Below are positions 10,414-21,326 of a DNA stretch of 64,000 bases, piece after piece. This DNA is from Cyanophyceae cyanobacterium. Lineage in GTDB: Bacteria > Cyanobacteriota > Cyanobacteriia > Cyanobacteriales > JBHJGN01. The notes beneath the pieces are model-generated. The model did no database searches. It had not been told where the DNA came from and saw only the letters and a list, made by a program, of their open reading frames with translations. Position numbers and translations under genes: made by a program. The DNA lies in the NCBI GenBank assembly GCA_050331735.1, contig JBHJGN010000031.1:64001-128000 (forward strand), read 5' to 3'. Within the stretch, counting starts at the first letter, position 1, and each line of letters begins with the position of its first letter.

Positions 10414-11726
10414 CGACGGCTGCTGATGTTAACGCTCAAAAACCAAAAAATCTTTACCTCGAAGGCTTATTAAAGCAGTGGGAAGTGCCAGGGGGAAACG
10501 CGGAAGCGGAGTGGTTAGGAAAACTACGGCAAACGGCTGCGAATCAAGTATTGCAATCTCAGTTACCTAATCGCAGAGAGGAGGCGTGGCGCTTTACAGA
10601 TTTGTCGGAACTGTCGCAGACTGATTTTCGCGTTGCTCAGGCGGCAGCAGATATTTCAGATATTGAAGCTTGGGCACTGCCAGAAACCGCCAACAGCCGT
10701 TTGGTGTTTGTCAACGGCAGGTACAACGCTGAGCTATCCGATGTATCGGGACTACCCGCAGGAGCTTATGTTGGTTCCTTGGCTCAGTTGCCATCACCAC
10801 AGAGTGGTGAAGTTGTCAAGTATCTAGCGCGACAAGCAGGAGCGACAGAAGTTTTTACCGCTCTCAATACCTCAGCCTTAGCAGATGGGGCCGTGATTTG
10901 GGTTGAGGCGAACGTTACTGTTGAAATTCCGATCCAGCTTTTGTTTCTGTCTATTGCTTCAGACCCCACCATTTCCCAACCGCGGACGTTAGTAGTAGCG
11001 AAACGAGGAGCCAGTTTACAGCTTGTTGAGCAGTACGCTACGGTTGAGCCTGCTACCTACTTCACCAATGGAGTCACGGAAATTTGGGTAGAGGACAACG
11101 CCGAGGTGAACCACATGCGCGTTCAGCAGGAATCGACCCAGGCATATCATATTGCGAAAAGCGCGATCGCCCAAGCCCGCGACAGTCGCTATACCTGTAC
11201 CGATATCAACCTCGGGGGCAAGCTCTCCCGACACAACCTAGAAATCTACCAAACCGGAGAACAGACGGAAACGCAGCTTAACGGGCTGACGGTGGTCAGC
11301 GGCAAACAGCTTGCAGATACCCACAGCCTGATTTCCCTGACAAAGCCTTACGGCAGTACCGCTCAGCTTCATAAATGTATCGTGGGCGATCGCGCTCACA
11401 CCGTTTTCAATGGTAAGGTGCTGGTTCCCCAGGCAGCTCAGTTGACCAACGCTGCCCAGCTCAATCAAAACCTGCTGCTGTCGCCGAAGGCTCGCGTTGA
11501 TACGAAGCCAGAGCTGCAAATTACCGCCGATAATGTTAAATGCTCTCATGGCGCTACGGTTAGTCAGCTCGAGCCGGACGAACTGTTTTATCTCCAGAGC
11601 CGAGGCTTGAGTGAATCAGCCGCCCGGACGCTGCTGGTTGATGCCTTCGCTGCCGAAATTTTAGAGCGCATTCCCCTTCAATCTCTTCGCACTAAGCTCA
11701 CTCTTGCCGTTGGCTCTGCACAGTAG
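10410..11726 (+). CDS. sufD: Fe-S cluster assembly protein SufD
   Basis: [45 protein letters not shown]. Confidence 0.97.
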   Translation: MTTAADVNAQKPKNLYLEGLLKQWEVPGGNAEAEWLGKLRQTAANQVLQSQLPNRREEAWRFTDLSELSQTDFRVAQAAADISDIEAWALPETANSRLVFVNGRYNAELSDVSGLPAGAYVGSLAQLPSPQSGEVVKYLARQAGATEVFTALNTSALADGAVIWVEANVTVEIPIQLLFLSIASDPTISQPRTLVVAKRGASLQLVEQYATVEPATYFTNGVTEIWVEDNAEVNHMRVQQESTQAYHIAKSAIAQARDSRYTCTDINLGGKLSRHNLEIYQTGEQTETQLNGLTVVSGKQLADTHSLISLTKPYGSTAQLHKCIVGDRAHTVFNGKVLVPQAAQLTNAAQLNQNLLLSPKARVDTKPELQITADNVKCSHGATVSQLEPDELFYLQSRGLSESAARTLLVDAFAAEILERIPLQSLRTKLTLAVGSAQ

Positions 11727-11747
11727 TTACTTAGCCTTTATTCAATT

Positions 11748-13004
11748 ATGTTTACTCAAGAAAAAGCGCTCGCCGAGCAAGTCCGCTCCGACTTTCCCAT
11801 TCTGCACCAAGATGTGCAGGAGAAGCCCCTAATTTACCTAGACAACGCGGCAACTTCCCAGAAGCCCCAAGCCGTTCTCGATGCTTTGTGTCACTACTAC
11901 GAGGCGGATAACGCCAACGTCCATCGGGGAGCGCATACTCTCAGCGTCAGAGCTACCGAGGCGTATGAACAAGCCAGAGATAAGGTAGCCAAGTTTGTCA
12001 ATGCAGCTTCGCGCAACGAAATTGTGTTTACCCGCAACGCCACCGAAGCGATTAATTTAGTGGCCTATAGCTGGGCGCTCAATCATTTACAGCCCGGAGA
12101 TGAAATCATCCTCACGGTGATGGAACACCACAGCAACATGGTTCCCTGGCAGATTATTGCCCAGAAAACCGGAGCCACAATCAAATATGTGGGCTTAACC
12201 GAGACAGAAGAGTTCGATCTAGAACACTATCGCTCCCTGCTGTCTGAGCGGACCAAGCTGGTGGCGGTGGTCCACGTTTCTAATACCCTAGGCTGCATTA
12301 ACCCCGTTGAGGAGATTGTCGCCTTGGCCCATCAACACGGCGCGAAAATTCTCGTCGATGCCTGCCAGAGCGTTCCCCACATGAGCGTTGACGTGCAGGC
12401 AATCGGCTGCGACTGGCTGGTAGCCAGCGGACATAAGATGTGCGCCCCGACAGGCATTGGCTTCCTATACGGGAAGCAAGACGTTTTAGAAGCAATGCCC
12501 CCGTTTCTGGGCGGCGGTGAAATGATTTCCGAAGTTTCTCTCGACGGCTTCACCACGGGCGAACTGCCCCACAAATTTGAAGCCGGGACTCCCGCCATTG
12601 CGGAGGCGATCGCTCTTGGCGCGGCGGTAGACTACTTGAGCCGTATCGGCATGGAGCAAATCCATGCCTACGAAGAAGAATTAACGGCTTATCTATTCGA
12701 TCAGCTCAAACAAGTGCCGAAGCTAAGAATTTATGGTCCTCAACCAACGGCTGACGGCAAGGGGAGAGTGGCTTTGGCCTCGTTTAACGTCGAGGGACTG
12801 CACGCCAGCGATGTGTCTACGCTCCTCGATCATGAAGGAGTTGCCGTTCGCTCTGGGCATCACTGCACCCAACCCCTGCATCACCTCCTGGGAGCTTCCG
12901 GTAGCGCGAGAGCCAGCCTCTACCTTTACAACACCCGCGCAGATATTGACGCGTTTGTGGCAGCGCTGACAGAAACGATCAACTTCTTTAGCGGGATGAT
13001 GTAG
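11748..13004 (+). CDS. sufS: SufS-family cysteine desulfurase
   Basis: [28 protein letters not shown] (PLP Lys), RSGHHC. Confidence 0.97.
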   Translation: MFTQEKALAEQVRSDFPILHQDVQEKPLIYLDNAATSQKPQAVLDALCHYYEADNANVHRGAHTLSVRATEAYEQARDKVAKFVNAASRNEIVFTRNATEAINLVAYSWALNHLQPGDEIILTVMEHHSNMVPWQIIAQKTGATIKYVGLTETEEFDLEHYRSLLSERTKLVAVVHVSNTLGCINPVEEIVALAHQHGAKILVDACQSVPHMSVDVQAIGCDWLVASGHKMCAPTGIGFLYGKQDVLEAMPPFLGGGEMISEVSLDGFTTGELPHKFEAGTPAIAEAIALGAAVDYLSRIGMEQIHAYEEELTAYLFDQLKQVPKLRIYGPQPTADGKGRVALASFNVEGLHASDVSTLLDHEGVAVRSGHHCTQPLHHLLGASGSARASLYLYNTRADIDAFVAALTETINFFSGMM

Positions 13005-13067
13005 CAGGGGCCTTGCTGGAGTGGTAATGGTTAGGGCGAATGTATGTTAGTTGTTAATCTTTAACTG

Positions 13068-14996
13068 TTATCTTTCTGTAGGCCAAGCGGTCTGAAGCTG
13101 AAGATAATGCTCAAATCGCTCCTGGAGCTGTTCGTTAGTAAGGTCTTGGGTCCAGTATTCCACTAATGCACGACCAAACGCCCAGGCATTGTGGTCTGGT
13201 GCGCCTGAATTGAATCGCAGCAAAGACCAAAGCGAGAGCAAATCGAAGCTTTGAGATGATTCTAGAGTGGCCTCATCGTTGGTGAGAGTGGAGTCTTTAG
13301 CGAGCAGCGAGAAGAGCTCGTAAGCCATCTGTAGCTTGCCGATCACGAGCGGTAGCTGTTCGACGGGAATCTGTTCGGCTAGCAGACGGGCCAGAGCAGG
13401 CGATCCGGTGGAAAAGGTAGCAATGAATTGTAGAACTGGGCTTTTGAGGAGGGTGGCAACTCCTTGAGTGGTCGTCATCTGGAAGGTGTAGCGGTCAATA
13501 ATTTCAGTAGCGGCAACGGTGCGGGCTTCGCGATCGCTCAAAAAGCGAGCTAGCCGAAGCTGTTTTGCCGGGTCAATTTGCTCCATGAGGGCTAACGATA
13601 AGGCATCAATGCCCCAGGCGGAGCGCGAGTGGAAATCGCTCGTCACTACGGGCAACACCTGCTCGCAAAACTCGCCCAATTGCTCAGTGCGGTACTGCAC
13701 CGCTTCCCGAATCGCCACCTCTTTGCGGCGATCGCCTCCTTGCCAATTGTAGGGAGGCTCCCACTCGCGCACAGGACGCAAACGATCAACCTGAGTGACA
13801 ACGGCGATCGCCCGACAGTCCGTTGCCGAACGCATATCTTTAAGGAAATCCACATCCATTTGCAGGGCCGGATCGAGAGCCGGAGTCACGAGGAGCAGCA
13901 GATCGGCGTGTCTGCCATAGTCGAGCACTAGCTCTCGGAGTTCAGGACGATTGACCTGTTCGTATCCCGGCGTATCCCACAAAGAAAGAGCTTCCTGCGT
14001 TTGGGTTTCCCAGCGATAGTGTCGCAGGCGATCGGTACTAGGCAAAACGTCCACTTCAGCTTGCTCTGCCTGAAAGAGACTGTTAATTAGACTACTTTTT
14101 CCCGCTCCCGTTCGCCCTACTAGCAAAATCCGCACCGGCTGCTGCTCCACCACCTCAACAGGTTCCGCTTGCTCCAGCAGCTCGCGAATAGTTTGAGTTT
14201 TGGCTTTCGGGACGGGGGAGGAAGCCTCTAGCGCGGGAGCCGTCGTGCCGCTGTAAAGAGCGATCGCCTGTTGAGCGAGGTTCCTTAAAGCCGCTTCCCG
14301 CAGCAGTTGACTAAAGTTGGCTAGGAGCTGCTGATTCGCTTGCTGACTGTAGCCAAGGCTTACCTGTTTCGCCACCGCCGCCGCTGGATTAACGAGCCAC
14401 TGCGCCCAGTTCCAGACCCGCAGAAGCGTCCGCGCCGATGGCTCTAGCTTGCGGTAAACTTCGTAGGCTTGATACGCTTGCCCCACCGTGACCTGATTGA
14501 GCGCGGGAGAAAGCTGCTGCATCCAGCGATCAAGGTCGTCCACTGTGCCCCTAATCAGCACGTAGGCTTGGGGAATATGAATATTCAGCAGCGGATATTT
14601 CACTTCCGGATGGTACAAGTGAGCGATCGTCCCCACTAGCTCTTGACAGCGCTGCCAAAACGTGGGCCAGTCTTCCCAGAACGGCAAATCGTTTCTCGTT
14701 GCTTCTATAACCTGCTGAAGCACTGCTTCTGCCTGCTGAGAGTGCTCTGCTGGGAAGGACGATACCGCTTGTTGATTGACACCTGCCATGACCGCTTCCA
14801 TTTCCTCCACGGCAGGGCGAGTCCAGCGCACCAGCAGCCAGCGCCAGCCCACAAAAATCAGAACCACAACTGCCCAGATCCAGTTGATCCCCCACTCGTG
14901 AATTTGCCATCCTGCTGCCACCAGTAAAAAACCGACAACGGAGGCGAGTGGTAAAGCTAATACAACCCACTGCCAAGGCTTAAATCGCACCATCAC
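13068..14996 (-). CDS. Membrane-anchored Era/YcjF-like GTPase family protein
   Basis: Two N-terminal hydrophobic helices; G1 GRTGAGKSS, G3 DTPG, G4-like TQVD. Confidence 0.85.
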   Translation of the reverse strand: MMVRFKPWQWVVLALPLASVVGFLLVAAGWQIHEWGINWIWAVVVLIFVGWRWLLVRWTRPAVEEMEAVMAGVNQQAVSSFPAEHSQQAEAVLQQVIEATRNDLPFWEDWPTFWQRCQELVGTIAHLYHPEVKYPLLNIHIPQAYVLIRGTVDDLDRWMQQLSPALNQVTVGQAYQAYEVYRKLEPSARTLLRVWNWAQWLVNPAAAVAKQVSLGYSQQANQQLLANFSQLLREAALRNLAQQAIALYSGTTAPALEASSPVPKAKTQTIRELLEQAEPVEVVEQQPVRILLVGRTGAGKSSLINSLFQAEQAEVDVLPSTDRLRHYRWETQTQEALSLWDTPGYEQVNRPELRELVLDYGRHADLLLLVTPALDPALQMDVDFLKDMRSATDCRAIAVVTQVDRLRPVREWEPPYNWQGGDRRKEVAIREAVQYRTEQLGEFCEQVLPVVTSDFHSRSAWGIDALSLALMEQIDPAKQLRLARFLSDREARTVAATEIIDRYTFQMTTTQGVATLLKSPVLQFIATFSTGSPALARLLAEQIPVEQLPLVIGKLQMAYELFSLLAKDSTLTNDEATLESSQSFDLLSLWSLLRFNSGAPDHNAWAFGRALVEYWTQDLTNEQLQERFEHYLQLQTAWPTER

Positions 14997-15115
14997 AGCT
15001 TCAGAACCTCGCCACGGTTAACCAGCAAAAAGTTTTTTGGGTGATGTTGAGCGAGACCGGACTTAACCCTTTTCCCTTTCCCCTTTGCTCGTTACTCAAT
15101 CTCACACCAGTCAAT

Positions 15116-15844
15116 TTAGTCTTCATCTCCATTAATTCCTAATGCGCGTAGGCGCTCTGCCAGACGATCTGCCCGCGCCCTCTCTTGGTTAGCTCTAGAT
15201 TCTTCCTGAATAGCTCTTTCGGCTCCAGTCGGAATGACCTGACCGTTCTGACGACACCAGCGTAACCATTCTCCTGGTTGCTGCTCAAACTCTCCCTCCC
15301 AAACCGTCAATCCTAATCCAACTCTTTCTAACCAAAATGGCAACGATAGCGGTACGTATTGACCACCGGACAACTCCCACACTAGAAGAATTTCGCCATT
15401 CATCTGCTCAACTTCCTGAAGCTGCCGCAGTGGATCAAAGACAGCGTAGTAAGCGATGCCAATCTGGGCATATAGCGCCTTCTTTTCGCCTAATTCCTCG
15501 CCTTTGCGGTTCGAGACAATTTCGATGCAGACTTCAGGGACTTTCCCCAATTCCCAGACAAAATAAGAGCGGTTTTTCTTCTGGCTCCAGTCTTGGGGCA
15601 TCTGCACTCCCAAGCTCAGCATGGCATCGGGAACAATGGGGTCTTCTTTAAGGGCATAGAACAAGCCTACGTTAGCAGCGGCGATAAAAGAGGAATCTGG
15701 TGTCCAAGAGCTATAGAGGGGTTCAACAAGGAGCCGCTGCTGTTTTTCAGATTGAAAATTATCCACTGGGGTATCGTCTTCAGTGACGATGTGGCTAATG
15801 TCGGGGTTTATGAGTGCGTCTGAATCAATGAGGGGCTGAGACAT
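15116..15844 (-). CDS. Uma2-family (DUF820) endonuclease
   Basis: TEDDTPVDN, IVPDAML, PEVCIEIVS, YYAVFDP, C-terminal RADRLAERLRALGI tail. Confidence 0.9.
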   Translation of the reverse strand: MSQPLIDSDALINPDISHIVTEDDTPVDNFQSEKQQRLLVEPLYSSWTPDSSFIAAANVGLFYALKEDPIVPDAMLSLGVQMPQDWSQKKNRSYFVWELGKVPEVCIEIVSNRKGEELGEKKALYAQIGIAYYAVFDPLRQLQEVEQMNGEILLVWELSGGQYVPLSLPFWLERVGLGLTVWEGEFEQQPGEWLRWCRQNGQVIPTGAERAIQEESRANQERARADRLAERLRALGINGDED

Positions 15845-15889
15845 TGGGAGATACGGGCGCTCTTTTTTTTATGCTACTGCAAAAGATTA

Positions 15890-16040
15890 GTCGCTCCGGG
15901 ACGGGGAAAGGGTCAAGGGAAATCTGTCCGGTGCGGGATGGGGAAAAGAACACAGAAGCGAGGAATAGGCTGAGTCCGCCTCCCCTTCCCCTTTTCCCTG
16001 CGCCGGTGGCGCTTCCCCTTTTCCCGCGCCCTAGGCGCTA
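15890..16040. repeat. Dispersed purine/pyrimidine-tract repeat, family A, copy 1
   Basis: Shares TGTCC..GGA(C/T)GGG, AAAGAACACAG and TTCCC(C/T)GCGCC...GGCGCTA blocks with the copies at about 32.9 kb and 59.8 kb. Confidence 0.8.
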
Positions 16041-16397
16041 CTCCTCAATTAATACCGTCACCGCCGCCACCGCTATGAGCATTTCGTCGTTCTTATCGTT
16101 GAGCTGAGGAATGGCTCGTCCCTGAACGACCATTCCCCCGGATTCTACTTGGAGGGTTTTGCGACCGAAAGGCAGGACGGCTAATACTTCTGCTTCGTTA
16201 ACCTTCTCTGGATAGGGAACCGCTACCTGTACCTCTACAATCATGGCATCGGGATCGCTTAATCCGGCGACTTCCCATACTCCCGGCAAGGCGTTGTGGG
16301 CGATCGCATTTCTGACTGCCCTCGCCGCTGCCACGGTGGGTTCCTGTCCGTGCTGATCGACTCCCATCCCCATTTCAATAATTAAGCGCTTGCGCAT
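16038..16397 (-). CDS. Lin0512 family protein
   Basis: RLIIEMGMGVDQHGQEPTVAAARAVRNAI...VLPFG...SGGM. Confidence 0.88.
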   Translation of the reverse strand: MRKRLIIEMGMGVDQHGQEPTVAAARAVRNAIAHNALPGVWEVAGLSDPDAMIVEVQVAVPYPEKVNEAEVLAVLPFGRKTLQVESGGMVVQGRAIPQLNDKNDEMLIAVAAVTVLIEE

Positions 16398-16602
16398 AAG
16401 CTGATTAGCGAGTGTTTAAATAACTAGCAGATAAGCAGAATCCTGTTGAAAAGACAACAAGAGAAATAGTTGGCAGCCAACTTCTATTCATGGCCTTGCT
16501 GCCCATCGTCATGATTACCTAGACCAAACCCGTTCAAAAATGACAATCAACCGTCAACCATCAACAATTATCCCACCCAATGATCACCGCTCCAGCAACG
16601 CC

Positions 16603-17466
16603 CTATTCATCAACGCTGAGCTGAAGCAGCGCAATCTGTTTGCAGATACTTTCTACGGCTAGGGTGAGCGATCGCATTAATTCTGACTCTTCACCGTATT
16701 CAGCCGGGGCTAGATTAACCACGCGCTGGTTCGCGCTGACCTTTTCCTGATATTCCCACTCCTGGGCTTTCCCATCTTTGTAAACCCCGATAGCGATTCC
16801 TTGATGTTCGTTCAGGATCGAGAAACAGGGAATATCCGAGGCTCCGTCCCCAACGTAGATCATCTGCGTTAAGGGAACGTGCAGCTCCTCAGCGGGAAGA
16901 TTGCGGTACACAAACAGCAAACCTTCTTCATCCTGTCCTTCAATGCCTTTAGAAATGGAGAAAAGATAGCGGGTTTTCTCTGTATGAGTGACAAATTTTT
17001 TTAAAAACTTAATTTCTCCGTCTTCAGCGTAATGAAAATCGCAGCCCCAAATCTTTTTGAAGTGGTGAGCAATCGACGTATGACGGGCAATTTCGGCAAT
17101 ACCGCCAGTAATTAAGTAAAAATCAACTTCGACCTCTGGAACTAACTGACAAGCATGCTGCCGCAGGCGTTCAAACATCTCCGGTACGCCAGCAAAGGGC
17201 TGTAAGTTCCTGCCGAGGTTAGCAAGACTTGCTTGAGTAATTTTGTCTTGGTCGCGCTGCTGCGATTCTTCGATTAGGCAATAAAATCTGGCCGGAATTT
17301 TGTCCCAGCCGTCTTCGAGGAGAGGCTTCACTCGTTCAGAACGAAACGCCGCCGCATCCAAACCGTGATGTTCTAGCAGCGTATCGAAAGTATCGGGGAC
17401 CAAAGTATCATCGAAGTCGAAGACGATGGCAATGCGGTTAGAAAGGGGTTTAGTGGCTGTTGTCAT
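16603..17466 (-). CDS. HAD-superfamily hydrolase
   Basis: Motif I FDFDDTL, motif II ITGG, motif III K (TEKT), motif IV YVGDGASDIP. Confidence 0.88.
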   Translation of the reverse strand: MTTATKPLSNRIAIVFDFDDTLVPDTFDTLLEHHGLDAAAFRSERVKPLLEDGWDKIPARFYCLIEESQQRDQDKITQASLANLGRNLQPFAGVPEMFERLRQHACQLVPEVEVDFYLITGGIAEIARHTSIAHHFKKIWGCDFHYAEDGEIKFLKKFVTHTEKTRYLFSISKGIEGQDEEGLLFVYRNLPAEELHVPLTQMIYVGDGASDIPCFSILNEHQGIAIGVYKDGKAQEWEYQEKVSANQRVVNLAPAEYGEESELMRSLTLAVESICKQIALLQLSVDE

Positions 17467-17495
17467 ATCACAAGTGAGCGAGATTCAAAATACCG

Positions 17496-18212
17496 TTATA
17501 GACGCTGAAAGTCGTTGAAGTCTAATCGAATATCAGCCGTTGGCTTGTCCGCGGGGTTGCCCTTATCGGTATAGCGGATCTCGCGGGAAGAGAGAATGTA
17601 GTAGCGACTAACTTTTTGATGATCGTCTCTAACGTCCTCAATTTGCAGAACCTCACCTTTTGGGGTGCGGTAAGTCGTTTGGAAGTGTAATACCAGGTAG
17701 CCTTGAGGTGTTTTTGTAGTGCCCAGAGTATCAACCGTCACGGAAACATCTCCGAAAGTGCGGTTCACCTGGGTAATGGTGTTGTTGTCAACCTCATAAA
17801 CGTCTACGCTATTGCCGACTTCTCGAATTCGGCTGCCGCTATTGCTGCTTCCGACTAGCTCAAAGCGATTCTGTCCGTGAATCTGCTCAAAGGCCAGGCG
17901 GCGGCGGTGAATGGCTTCCATTTTCAGTTGGTTCTCAACTAGTTGGCGGGTGTCGTCGTCGCTAATGTTGAATACCTCTACGCTGAGATCGGGCTTGACT
18001 TCTACAATTCCCTGAGCGAGATTTCCTTCATGATTAACAGAAACCTCCGCTCGATAGCCGGGAAACTGTTCGTCCCAGGTATAGCGGTTTTCGTAAGCCG
18101 TTTGAAAGAGGGTTTGAGCAGATTGAGCTAGTGCAACAGGAATCGGGGTGAAGCAGGCGATCGCCAGCAGCAAGCTTAACCCCCAAAAAATTCGACGCGA
18201 TCGTTTCATCAT
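17496..18212 (-). CDS. DUF3386-like exported protein
   Basis: Signal peptide, then AQTLFQTAYENRYTWDEQFPGY..IHRRR..FEQIHG. Confidence 0.75.
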   Translation of the reverse strand: MMKRSRRIFWGLSLLLAIACFTPIPVALAQSAQTLFQTAYENRYTWDEQFPGYRAEVSVNHEGNLAQGIVEVKPDLSVEVFNISDDDTRQLVENQLKMEAIHRRRLAFEQIHGQNRFELVGSSNSGSRIREVGNSVDVYEVDNNTITQVNRTFGDVSVTVDTLGTTKTPQGYLVLHFQTTYRTPKGEVLQIEDVRDDHQKVSRYYILSSREIRYTDKGNPADKPTADIRLDFNDFQRL

Positions 18213-18305
18213 TTATCTTTACAAGCAAAATACTGTAAGGTAGGCAGTACCCATCCAGGCACAGACAAGTCACCCTACTCCTTATTATCTACCACAATAC
18301 TCGCC

Positions 18306-20030
18306 TTGAAATCCCGTAGCTACTGGCAGCTTCTTCCCTATATCCGCCCCCAAAGAGCCACCATTGCTCAGGCACTTGCCTGTACGTTAGCTTTTACCAG
18401 CTTCTGGCCCATCCTAGCCCGGATGGCAGGACGGATGGCCGCGTATATTGGGCAGGGAAACGTAGATAAACTGGCTCAGTTAGCCGGAGTCGCGGTAGCG
18501 GTCTTTTTGATGCGAGGGGTTGCCCAGTACGGGCAGGATTCCCTGATGGCCAAGGCGGCTTTAAACATTGCTTTAGAGCTGCGCACGACCGTTTATGCTC
18601 ATCTTCAAAAGCTCAGCCTCAACTATTTTGAAGGAGCTAAAACGGGCGATCTTTCCTATCGCTTAACCGAAGATGTGGATCGGGTTGGGGAAGTCATTAA
18701 CAAGTTTTTCCACGATTTTACTCCCTGTATTCTCCAGTTTGTGGTCGTGCTGGGGTATATGGTGTATCTCAACTGGCAGCTTACGATTGCCGTTTTTATT
18801 GTTGCCCCGTTGATGGCGCTGCTGATTGGAGCCTTTGGGGAACAATTGTTGAAGTTTTCTCGCCGCAGCCAACGTCGGATCTCCAACCTGTCTTCTCTCC
18901 TAACCGAAGTTTTTAGCGGCATTCGCTTGATCCAGGCGTTTGCCGCCGAGGACTATGAGATGAGTCGCTTTGTTCGCGAAGCCGAACAGAATCGACAGGC
19001 CAAGTATTTAGCTGAGAAGGTGAAAGCGCTTCAGTTTGTCGTGGTTGGTTTCTTCTACGCGATGAGCGTGGTGTTTCTTTTTCTGCTGGGGGGATGGCAA
19101 ATCTCTCAAGACAACCTGACGGGCATTGAGTTTATTAGCTATGTCGTTGCCGTCGCCATGCTCATCGATCCCATCGCCCACATCACCGATAACTACAATC
19201 AGTTTAAGCAGGGAGAAGCGTCGGTCGAGCGAGTCTTTGAACTAATGGCGCTCAAGCCCACGATTGAAGAACGCAAGGATGCGATCGCTCTTCCTCCGAC
19301 GACGGGCAAAGTAGAATATCGCTCTGTCCGTTTTTCCTATCAGCCAGGGCAACCAGTGCTCAAAGACATCAGCTTTCTGGCTTACCCAGGAGACACCATT
19401 GCTTTAGTCGGGGCATCTGGGGCAGGCAAAACAACAATTGTGAATCTACTGCCGCGTTTCTACAATCTTGACAGCGGTCAAATTTTGCTCGATAGCGTAG
19501 CGATTGAGGACGTGACTTTAAAGAGTTTGCGTCGCCAGATTGGGATTGTCCCTCAGGAAACGGTTCTGTTTTCAGGAACGATCGCCCAAAATATCGCTTT
19601 TGGTCAGGAGCGCTTTGCTATCGAGGACGTTGAAGAGGCGGCCCGGGTCGCTAACGCCCATCAGTTCATCGTGGAGTTTCCTCAAGGCTATCACACCTAC
19701 GTTGGCGAGCGAGGAGTGAAACTATCAGGCGGACAGAGACAGCGGATTGCCATTGCCCGTGCCGTGTTGCTCAACCCCAAAATTCTCATTCTTGATGAAG
19801 CGACTTCGGCGTTAGATTCTGAGTCGGAAACTCTAGTGCAGCAGGCCCTAGAACGGGTAATGAAAGAGCGCACCGTCTTTGTCATTGCTCACCGCTTGGC
19901 GACAGTCCGCCGCGCCAGCCGCATCCTCGTCCTCGAACACGGGCAAATTATTGAATCCGGTACCCACCAGCAATTGATGACGCAGGGGGGACGCTATGCT
20001 CGCTTCCACGCCCAGCAGTTCTCTGGATAG
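18306..20030 (+). CDS. MsbA-like ABC exporter (fused TMD + NBD)
   Basis: Six-TM domain; GASGAGKT, LSGGQRQRIAIAR, ILDEATSALD, IAHRL. Confidence 0.95.
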   Translation: MKSRSYWQLLPYIRPQRATIAQALACTLAFTSFWPILARMAGRMAAYIGQGNVDKLAQLAGVAVAVFLMRGVAQYGQDSLMAKAALNIALELRTTVYAHLQKLSLNYFEGAKTGDLSYRLTEDVDRVGEVINKFFHDFTPCILQFVVVLGYMVYLNWQLTIAVFIVAPLMALLIGAFGEQLLKFSRRSQRRISNLSSLLTEVFSGIRLIQAFAAEDYEMSRFVREAEQNRQAKYLAEKVKALQFVVVGFFYAMSVVFLFLLGGWQISQDNLTGIEFISYVVAVAMLIDPIAHITDNYNQFKQGEASVERVFELMALKPTIEERKDAIALPPTTGKVEYRSVRFSYQPGQPVLKDISFLAYPGDTIALVGASGAGKTTIVNLLPRFYNLDSGQILLDSVAIEDVTLKSLRRQIGIVPQETVLFSGTIAQNIAFGQERFAIEDVEEAARVANAHQFIVEFPQGYHTYVGERGVKLSGGQRQRIAIARAVLLNPKILILDEATSALDSESETLVQQALERVMKERTVFVIAHRLATVRRASRILVLEHGQIIESGTHQQLMTQGGRYARFHAQQFSG

Positions 20031-20844
20031 AGCGATCGCCTTTCTTGGTGCAAAACTCTTAGGAAATAGCGATCGAGTTAATAGGCAGAAAAGATGCTGG
20101 CTTCTTCCAATTACCGTTTTTCGTTGCTTTCCCAAAGGGGGCACCTCGACTAACGTCTTCACCATCGTTGCATCGTTCACTTATGATAGTCAAGGAGATG
20201 AGCGAGAAAACGCTGAAAAAATAGGTCGGTTGTTTTCTGTGTTCTTGTTTTGGGAACTATGAGGCTGTAGCTTGATAAATCCGTACACGATGCTCGAAGC
20301 TTTACCAGTATCCCAACTGCTTGATGGAATTGTTGCTGTTAAAATTCAAGGGTTTGGCTTTCTTCCCTCTGCTCAACCAGTAGCTGAAGATTATAGAAGG
20401 CACTGTAACTTTGCAGACGAAGCCATACTCTTTATTATTGCCTGCAACACCGCTTATCCTACTAGAACAGGTTTTATGACCGGGTTAAATGGTGTAGCTG
20501 CTTTACCATTCGCAAATCTTTCCTCCTTCAAAAAGTAATTATTAAAATTAGTTACTTTTTCTCCATTAAAGTGACCTTTGAGCATTGAAGACTACTTCTG
20601 TATGACGACATCGGTGATTTGCATCAAAAACATACTATTTTTTATTTTTTAAATTACCGTTTTGTTCGTGCTCCTAAAAAAGGAGTATATAAGAGTGAAT
20701 AATGCTTGAAGCTTCCATAAACTTTTATTCAAGAATCTGTAAACTAGATAAAAATGTACAGGTAATTACCTAAAATTATTGTTATTCTAAATATTGAAAA
20801 ACTGAGAAAGTCAGTCTCAGCTTAGTTCCTACTTGTTTTAATTA

Positions 20845-21060
20845 ATGACTAATTCTCCTAAAAATCAGCCAGAACTAGAAAGTGGTTTGCTAAAGTTAAC
20901 CAAGCAAGAGTTCTTTGCTGGTCTGGCGTTAGCTGGATTAGCAAGTAACCCTTTAGCCTTTGAGTATAGTTCTGGAGACTATGCAGCCAGAGCCATAGAA
21001 ATGGCCAATGAAATGTTGAAACAGCTCAGTAACCAAGACTCAAAAGAAAAATACGAATGA
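20845..21060 (+). CDS. Small hypothetical protein with phage-like LT(K/L)RxxFA motif
   Basis: LTKQEFFAGLALAGLASNP...AARAIEMANEMLKQL, ATG start, in an AT-rich stretch. Confidence 0.65.
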   Translation: MTNSPKNQPELESGLLKLTKQEFFAGLALAGLASNPLAFEYSSGDYAARAIEMANEMLKQLSNQDSKEKYE

Positions 21061-21326
21061 TGGCTGAGCATTATTCTGACAAACAGTCAAAGTTAGCAAA
21101 GCTTGCTCGACAGTCTAGTTTTTTAGACTTGACAACAAAAATTTTTTTCAACCGAATATGAGTAGAAAAAGCGAACAGCAGACCTAGTTTGCCTATATTA
21201 ACGTAAGTTTGGGTTAAGGCTCCCTTGCCACCTATTCCCCGAAGGAAGAAGAGGGACAGACAACGAGAGAAAAAGGGGGTCCGCTACTCCCGAACTCAGA
21301 AGTAGAACGCGCTCAAGCTATTGAGA

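Noticed and set aside
19848..20538. ORFs at 19848-20180, 19996-20262 and 20272-20538
   Set aside because: They overlap each other or the ABC gene, have weak starts and no recognisable motifs
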